From an uncultured Clostridium sp. (lineage in GTDB: Bacteria; Bacillota; Clostridia; TANB77; CAG-508), in the NCBI GenBank assembly GCA_949467015.1, contig CASVZF010000005.1, positions 1 through 56,131 on the forward strand: 56,131 bases of DNA, written 5' to 3'. The notes under the pieces were generated by a model, which saw nothing but the letters and a program-made list of their open reading frames with translations, was not told the DNA's origin and ran no database searches. Numbering within the stretch: the first letter of the stretch is position 1; every line of letters begins with the position of its first letter. Below, piece by piece: positions 50,721 to 56,131 of this stretch. Both the position numbers and the translations under genes were made by a program.

Positions 50721-51824
50721 TCACTTAGAAATTTTTACATTCTCTTTTGTATCTCCTTTTCCCCTTATTGGAATTAAGAAAAATAATCCTACTAAAATTG
50801 GTAAATAAAAAGTATAAATTCTCCAGAACAGAATAGACATATTAATTGTTCCTTCTTTAAAAATAGAATTAAATAACAAATAAAATCCTCCTTCTGCTCC
50901 AAGTCCTGACCCAGGTGTTGGAATAAATGTCATGATTAATAATAGAAAGGCTTGCGTTGGTATAATCTGCCAGAAAGTTATTCCAAAATTGCCAAATGCT
51001 CGATATACCATATAGGTAATAGAATAATAAGCAAAACTTTGTATAACAGCAATTATAAACATTTTTAATACCATTTTCTTTTCCGACTTCATAAACTTAA
51101 ACTGGTCTCCAAAATGGTCAATACTTTCATTTAATCTCTCTAATATTTTATTTGGGTATTTTAATATATGGATTTTTCCTAATCCTTTAACGATAGGTGT
51201 AGTAATTATCGTTATTATTTTCTTTTTGGTTCCTGCTAAAATTACCACTATAATTGCCAAAATATTAACAGCAAACCCTACTATTGCTATCCAAACATAA
51301 TCTTGCATTAAATTTTTAAAAAAGTTAAATTCAAAGGTCACAACTATCAAAGTAGATATCACTAAAGCACTTTGAGTGATAATAAATTTTATCGCCATGG
51401 CACTAAGTGAATCACTTACTCTTTTCCCTGTTTTGGTTAACTCATATGCTTGCATTGGCTGCCCTCCTGATGCAAATGGTGTTATATTATTAAATAATAA
51501 CCCTATCATGGATACTTTAATAGAATTTTTCATAGTCTGATTCGAATACATTTTCTTTAATGGTATATGTAAATTAATTACTTCACACGTCCAATTTATA
51601 ATTAAACACATCAATCCCGCCAATACCCATTTATAATCTACATGATTTAACACTTCTATTATATTATTTATACCATCCACTTGGACCATATAAATTAGCA
51701 ACCCTGTAAATATGACTATAATAAGTATAAAATTTAATATTGTCATTTTCTTATTTGCTGGTTTTACTTGCTCTTCTTTATTTAATTTAACTTGATTTTC
51801 GTCATTCTCAAGATTTTCCTGCAT
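50721..51824 (-). CDS. Lysylphosphatidylglycerol synthase TM / UPF0104 flippase-like protein
   Basis: NNITPFASGGQP, PTPGSGLGAEG, WRIYTFY. Confidence 0.88.
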   Translation of the reverse strand: MQENLENDENQVKLNKEEQVKPANKKMTILNFILIIVIFTGLLIYMVQVDGINNIIEVLNHVDYKWVLAGLMCLIINWTCEVINLHIPLKKMYSNQTMKNSIKVSMIGLLFNNITPFASGGQPMQAYELTKTGKRVSDSLSAMAIKFIITQSALVISTLIVVTFEFNFFKNLMQDYVWIAIVGFAVNILAIIVVILAGTKKKIITIITTPIVKGLGKIHILKYPNKILERLNESIDHFGDQFKFMKSEKKMVLKMFIIAVIQSFAYYSITYMVYRAFGNFGITFWQIIPTQAFLLLIMTFIPTPGSGLGAEGGFYLLFNSIFKEGTINMSILFWRIYTFYLPILVGLFFLIPIRGKGDTKENVKISK

Positions 51825-51916
51825 ACTTTTTCTCCCATAATATCATTTAAACAATAATAAAACAGAAAGACTGTATTAGCAGATATCATTCAACTAAAAA
51901 CAGTCTTTCCTTATTC

Positions 51917-52087
51917 CTATTCTTCAACAGGTGCTTCTACTGGACAAACTCCCGCACATGTACCGCAAGAAATACAAGCTGATTGATCAATTACAAATTT
52001 ATCATCACCTTGTGAAATACATCCTACTGGACATTCAGCTGCACAAGCCCCACAAGAAATACATTTATCAGTTATTTTATATGCCAT
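51917..52087 (-). CDS. fdx: 2x[4Fe-4S] clostridial ferredoxin
   Basis: MAYKITDKCISCGACAAECPV...CISCGTCAGVCPV, with GGAGG RBS. Confidence 0.95.
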   Translation of the reverse strand: MAYKITDKCISCGACAAECPVGCISQGDDKFVIDQSACISCGTCAGVCPVEAPVEE

Positions 52088-52149
52088 TTCTCTCACCTCC
52101 CTAAACTTTAACAAAAAATAATAAAAACTAATTTATTTTTTTCATTTCA

Positions 52150-53034
52150 TTAATCCATTTTTTCTAATTCTTCCAGTTCCTTTTTATTTCTTAATTCCTC
52201 TTCATCCAATTTTTCTATTGTATTGTCTTTAATAATTTTAATATCCTTTACAGGATACTTTTTATAAAAATATCCCTCTCCATCTTTAATCTTGACTCTT
52301 ACAACTTCTTTTAGTGTTTCTATATTGTCAACTTCTCCTTCTCCATCTTCTGTCTTTACAATGGCTCCTATATTAGGAAGTCTTTTCAATTTATCTTCAT
52401 AAACATCGCTTTCATATTTTAGGCAGCACATAAGTCTTCCACAATTCCCAGAAATTTTTGAAGGGTTTAATGATAAGTTTTGTTCTTTTGCCATTTTTAT
52501 AGATACTGCTTCAAAATCACTTAAGAAACTACAACAGCATAATTCTCTCCCACAAACTCCATTTCCGCCAATTCTTTTTACTTCATCCCTTACTCCTATT
52601 TGACGTAACTCAATTCTAGTTTTATAAATCGCTGCTAAATCTTTTACTAATTCCCTAAAATCAATTCTTCCATCCGCCGTAAAATAAAATAATATTTTAC
52701 TATCATCAAATTTATATTCAACATCTGTTAATGTCATATCCAATTTATGTTCTTTTATTTTCTTTTGGCATATATGAAAGGCTTCTTTTTCTTTCTTTTG
52801 GCACTCCTCATAATGTTTGCGATCTTTATTATTAGCAATTCTAATCACTTTTTTTAATGGTGCCATAATTTTCTCATCTTCCACAATTCGATTAGGAATC
52901 ATAACTTCCCCATATTCTTCCCCTTGAGCTGTCTCTACAATGACCTTGTCACCTTTTTTTACTCTTAAGTTTTTTGGATTAAAAAAATATATTTTACCTA
53001 ATTTTTTAAATCTAACTCCGACTATATTTTTCAA
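52150..53034 (-). CDS. ricT: PSP1 domain / stage 0 sporulation protein YaaT (RicT)
   Basis: RIDFRELVKDLA, IELRQIGVRDE, CGRELCC, CGRLMCCLKYE; downstream of holB. Confidence 0.93.
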   Translation of the reverse strand: MKNIVGVRFKKLGKIYFFNPKNLRVKKGDKVIVETAQGEEYGEVMIPNRIVEDEKIMAPLKKVIRIANNKDRKHYEECQKKEKEAFHICQKKIKEHKLDMTLTDVEYKFDDSKILFYFTADGRIDFRELVKDLAAIYKTRIELRQIGVRDEVKRIGGNGVCGRELCCCSFLSDFEAVSIKMAKEQNLSLNPSKISGNCGRLMCCLKYESDVYEDKLKRLPNIGAIVKTEDGEGEVDNIETLKEVVRVKIKDGEGYFYKKYPVKDIKIIKDNTIEKLDEEELRNKKELEELEKMD

Positions 53035-53064
53035 TTAAAATCCCTTTCCTCTCTTGGTCCAAAT

Positions 53065-53103
53065 CTAGTTTGAAAAAGAAAGATGAAGTCTATTTTCAAA
53101 CTA
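53065..53103. repeat. Short (internally deleted) copy of a palindromic element
   Basis: CTAGTTTGAAAAAGA...TATTTTCAAACTA; shares termini with 54018..54146. Confidence 0.55.
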
Positions 53104-53986
53104 CTTGCTCCCACATATTAAATAACATATTATCGATACACATATCATAATTTGCATTTTTTTGTAATCTTTTCTTTGTGTTTTCCACATATTTTATACA
53201 AGTTGTGTATTCACCATTCACCCTTGCTTTCTTTAGTAAAAGAATATTGATATAATCTAAAATTTCATAAATTTCATCTTTTGCTTTATATAATATTTCT
53301 GCTCCTTGTAGAATATCAATTAAATCTTTCTGCTTTAAATTATTTATTAGGCTTTCTAATTGTGAGTACTGTTCCTGTTTATCCTTTAATGTTATTGCCT
53401 TACCGATACTTCCCTGAAATATATCTAACATATTTTGAGAAATATTATCCATTTGATATTTCTCTTTTAGATACATTCTTATATCAGTATCTTCTATTGG
53501 ATTAAAATATAGCATCATACATCTTGATTTTATTGTTGCTAAAAATTCATTCTCATTGGATCCAATTAATATAATAGTAGCAAATTCAGGGGGTTCTTCT
53601 AAAGTCTTTAATAAGCAATTCTGAGCCTCTTTTGTCATAGAATCTGCATCTTCTATTATATATACCTTTTTATTAGAAATAATTGGTTTTTCTTGTATCT
53701 TTTTCTGTAATTCTCTAATTTGTTCAATTTTAATACTATTACCTTCCGGTTCAATAGACAGAAAATCTGGATTGTTATTGCTATCAAATTCGATACAAGA
53801 TTTGCAGTGATTACAAATTTTCTCTTCTCCCATGCATAATATTGCTTTAGCAAATTCGGTAGCAATCATTTTCTTACCTATTCCTGATATTCCAATCATT
53901 AAATAACTATGTGATACCTTGTTATAATTAATTGCTTGTTTTAGCATTGTCTTAATTGGATCATTTCCTAAAATACTCTCAAACAT
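53096..53986 (-). CDS. holB: DNA polymerase III delta' subunit
   Basis: Start MFESILG; HSYL..G..GIGK, C..C.SC, AQNCLLKTLEEP, TIKSRC. Confidence 0.93.
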   Translation of the reverse strand: MFESILGNDPIKTMLKQAINYNKVSHSYLMIGISGIGKKMIATEFAKAILCMGEEKICNHCKSCIEFDSNNNPDFLSIEPEGNSIKIEQIRELQKKIQEKPIISNKKVYIIEDADSMTKEAQNCLLKTLEEPPEFATIILIGSNENEFLATIKSRCMMLYFNPIEDTDIRMYLKEKYQMDNISQNMLDIFQGSIGKAITLKDKQEQYSQLESLINNLKQKDLIDILQGAEILYKAKDEIYEILDYINILLLKKARVNGEYTTCIKYVENTKKRLQKNANYDMCIDNMLFNMWEQVV

Positions 53987-54017
53987 CCTAACTTTCATTC
54001 CTTTCCAGAAATGTAAT

Positions 54018-54146
54018 CTAGTTTGGAAAAGAATTGTTATTTGGCTAGGCTCACAAGTTTTCAATTTATGAAGCGTTACTTTCGTACGTTGATTAAATTG
54101 AAAGCGAAGTGTAACAACGCCAAATGATAATTATTTTTAAAACTAG
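54018..54146. repeat. 129-bp palindromic MITE/REP-like element bounded by CTAG
   Basis: CTAGTTTGGAAAAGAATTGTTATTTGGC ... GCCAAATGATAATTATTTTTAAAACTAG terminal inverted arms, plus inner TTTCAATTTA/TAAATTGAAA arms. Confidence 0.65.
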
Positions 54147-54778
54147 TCAACCTTTCCCCACATGTTTAGTGGCCATATCCTAATAGCTACTGTACTTTCA
54201 ATTTTCTCTAATGGTATACATCCAAAAGCTCTACAATCTGTACTATTATTTCTATTGTCTCCCATAGCAAATACACAATTTTCTGGAACTACAAAATCAT
54301 TAAACCCTACACCTGTCACATCTGTAACAATCCCTTCTTGTAAGTAAGGTTCTTCTAATTCTTCATCATTAATATATACTTTTCCATCTTTTATTTGCAC
54401 ATGTTCCCCTGGAAGAGCTATCACTCTTTTTATATAACTTCTTTTTCCTACCTCTAAAAAGTTATTAACAAACCATTGAAATCCATTCTTTTCTTCATAT
54501 TGGGCTACTGGATTTTCCAAATCTATTTCCGATTGGTTTGTATACTTTATTTTATTTGGCTCTTCAAAAGTTATAATTTTACCTCTTTCTGGTAATGTTT
54601 TTGTCGTTCTTCCCCATCTATTTAACCATAATCTTTGATCCTGTACTAAAGTTGGGTACATAGATACTTGTTTTACAATAGTTGGTGTTCCTATAAAATA
54701 TCGAAATACCATTGTTAACACAAGTGCTATTAATATACAATAGATCCATTCTAATATTTCTTTTACTGTTGAATTCAA
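54143..54778 (-). CDS. lepB: Signal peptidase I
   Basis: SMYPTL, YIKRVIALPGE, MGDNRNNSTDCR. Confidence 0.95.
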   Translation of the reverse strand: MNSTVKEILEWIYCILIALVLTMVFRYFIGTPTIVKQVSMYPTLVQDQRLWLNRWGRTTKTLPERGKIITFEEPNKIKYTNQSEIDLENPVAQYEEKNGFQWFVNNFLEVGKRSYIKRVIALPGEHVQIKDGKVYINDEELEEPYLQEGIVTDVTGVGFNDFVVPENCVFAMGDNRNNSTDCRAFGCIPLEKIESTVAIRIWPLNMWGKVD

Positions 54779-54881
54779 ATTTATCGCTTCCTTTTTTACT
54801 TTTGTTTTTATACTTTCCTATTATACATTAATTTCGTTGATTTAGCAATTAAAAAAGGAAGATATTTAAAAAATATTTTCC

Positions 54882-56131
54882 TTAATCTCGATCTCCTTTT
54901 GTAGGTATTCTAATTACAACTTCTGTTCCTTGTCCCACAACACTTTTTATATCAATGCTACCACCGTTCTTATCTAAAATTTCTTTTGCAATAGAAAGTC
55001 CTAATCCAGTTCCTCCCATTTCCCTTGTACGTGCCTTATCAACACGATAAAATCGCTCAAATATTCTACTTAAATCTTCTTCTGGAATGCCAATTCCATT
55101 ATCAAAAACTTTTATATAGGCGTCATTATATACAAATCCAACATATATTTTTATTTCCCCACCATCTTTTGTATATTTAATACTATTGCTTAATATATTT
55201 AATATCACTCTTTCAATATCATATTTATCTGCATAAACTGGTGGTACATCCGCTGTAACAAAACAATTGACTGTATGATTCTTTTTCTTAATCTCGATTG
55301 CTAATTTGTCTTGACATTTTTTTACTAAATCTCCTAAATCAAACGATTCCTTTTGTGTTATTTTTTTATTATTATCATATCTTGAAAGTGTCAATAGATC
55401 AGTAACTAATTTTGCCATTCTTCTTGCTTCAGTTGCAATTACATTTAAGAATCTATCTTGTGTTTCTTTGTCATATTCTCCTTCTAATAAGGTATCTGCA
55501 TATCCCATAATAGAAGTAATTGGTGTCTTTAGCTCATGTGATACGTCTGCTACTAACTCTTTTTGCATATTATCTAATTTAACATGTTCTGTAATATCTT
55601 GTATAACAGCAATAACCCCATCTGGTCTTTCCGAATCATTTTTAAATGGTGCAAAAAATGCATTTACATATCTGTCATCCACTTGTATTCTTTGTTCTGT
55701 AGAAGTCCAATTCTCTAAATAAATTATTTTTTCCATATTTATGTTTAACTTGAATTTTCCAAATATATCATCAAAATTACTATCTTCTGGTCGAATACTT
55801 AGGAATTTTTTAGCTGCTGGATTAATTAAAATAATTTCTCCTTGTCTATTAAAAGCTAATATTCCATCTGTCATATGTAGAAGTATGGTTTCTATCTGAT
55901 TTTTTTGAGTAGAAACTTCGCTTAGTTTTTCTTTTAATTCTGTTGTCATGAGTCCAAAGACATTTTCTAAATTTCCCATTTCATTCTTCTTATTTTTTTT
56001 CTTTTCTTTAGGCTCTTCATCTGTTATTTTTTCTGCACTTTTTATCAATTTATTAATAGGATAGATAACAAACTTGGAAAGAAATATGGAAATTAAAATT
56101 CCTACTAAAATAAATATCGAAGTAGAAATAA
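54882..56131 (-). CDS. PAS-containing sensor histidine kinase (WalK/PhoR-like), 5'-truncated by the window
   Basis: Frame open to the window edge; TM, HAMP, PAS (HMTDGILA), SHELKTP, FYRVDKARTREMGGTGLGL. Confidence 0.9.
   Translation of the reverse strand, partial: ISTSIFILVGILISIFLSKFVIYPINKLIKSAEKITDEEPKEKKKNKKNEMGNLENVFGLMTTELKEKLSEVSTQKNQIETILLHMTDGILAFNRQGEIILINPAAKKFLSIRPEDSNFDDIFGKFKLNINMEKIIYLENWTSTEQRIQVDDRYVNAFFAPFKNDSERPDGVIAVIQDITEHVKLDNMQKELVADVSHELKTPITSIMGYADTLLEGEYDKETQDRFLNVIATEARRMAKLVTDLLTLSRYDNNKKITQKESFDLGDLVKKCQDKLAIEIKKKNHTVNCFVTADVPPVYADKYDIERVILNILSNSIKYTKDGGEIKIYVGFVYNDAYIKVFDNGIGIPEEDLSRIFERFYRVDKARTREMGGTGLGLSIAKEILDKNGGSIDIKSVVGQGTEVVIRIPTKGDRD

Noticed and set aside
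2018-55722. Numerous short antisense or overlapping ORFs in the track (e.g. 2018..2440, 16005..16367, 38060..38428, 38706..39128, 48403..48774)
   Set aside because: They are shadow frames of well-supported genes, with no RBS or recognisable motifs.
1-56131. CRISPR arrays, rRNA or tRNA genes (including a frameshift-suppressor tRNA)
   Set aside because: None was recognisable in this window. Any dedicated tRNA or factor for CGG recoding must be sought elsewhere in the genome.

Overview
This is a low-GC chromosomal segment of a spore-forming Clostridia-class bacterium. The atypical G|ITMVT pilin-like leader and the gene content suggest an uncultured gut lineage such as TANB77, but that is inference only. 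The left ~1.85 kb is the end of a prophage or integrative element whose tyrosine integrase abuts a 22-codon 5' stub of truA, so the element appears to have integrated inside truA. The rest is housekeeping, sporulation and envelope genes: cdaA, rnhB, htrA, clpE/C, pgsA, comEC, rplM-rpsI, yunB, sipL, veg, yabG, spoIIID, iscS, a sortase with a thioester-domain protein, a two-component system, mscS, rpoD, dnaG, an alarmone synthetase, proS, scpB, porCDAB, ricT, holB and lepB. MAIN FINDING: four unrelated genes (the essential primase dnaG, yunB, a Ham1/RdgB NTP pyrophosphatase and an FAD-dependent dehydrogenase) are each broken by exactly one extra base. In all four the break is an in-frame CGG codon, and skipping its C gives GGA/GGT, restoring a family-conserved glycine and the full-length protein. 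By manual scan, in-frame CGG occurs only once more in the window (CGG-C, in an atypical orphan gene). This points to a lineage-wide recoding rule, CGG-W read as 'Gly, +1', by hungry-codon frameshifting or four-base decoding, rather than to random pseudogenisation. It needs confirmation from raw reads, orthologues and proteomics.
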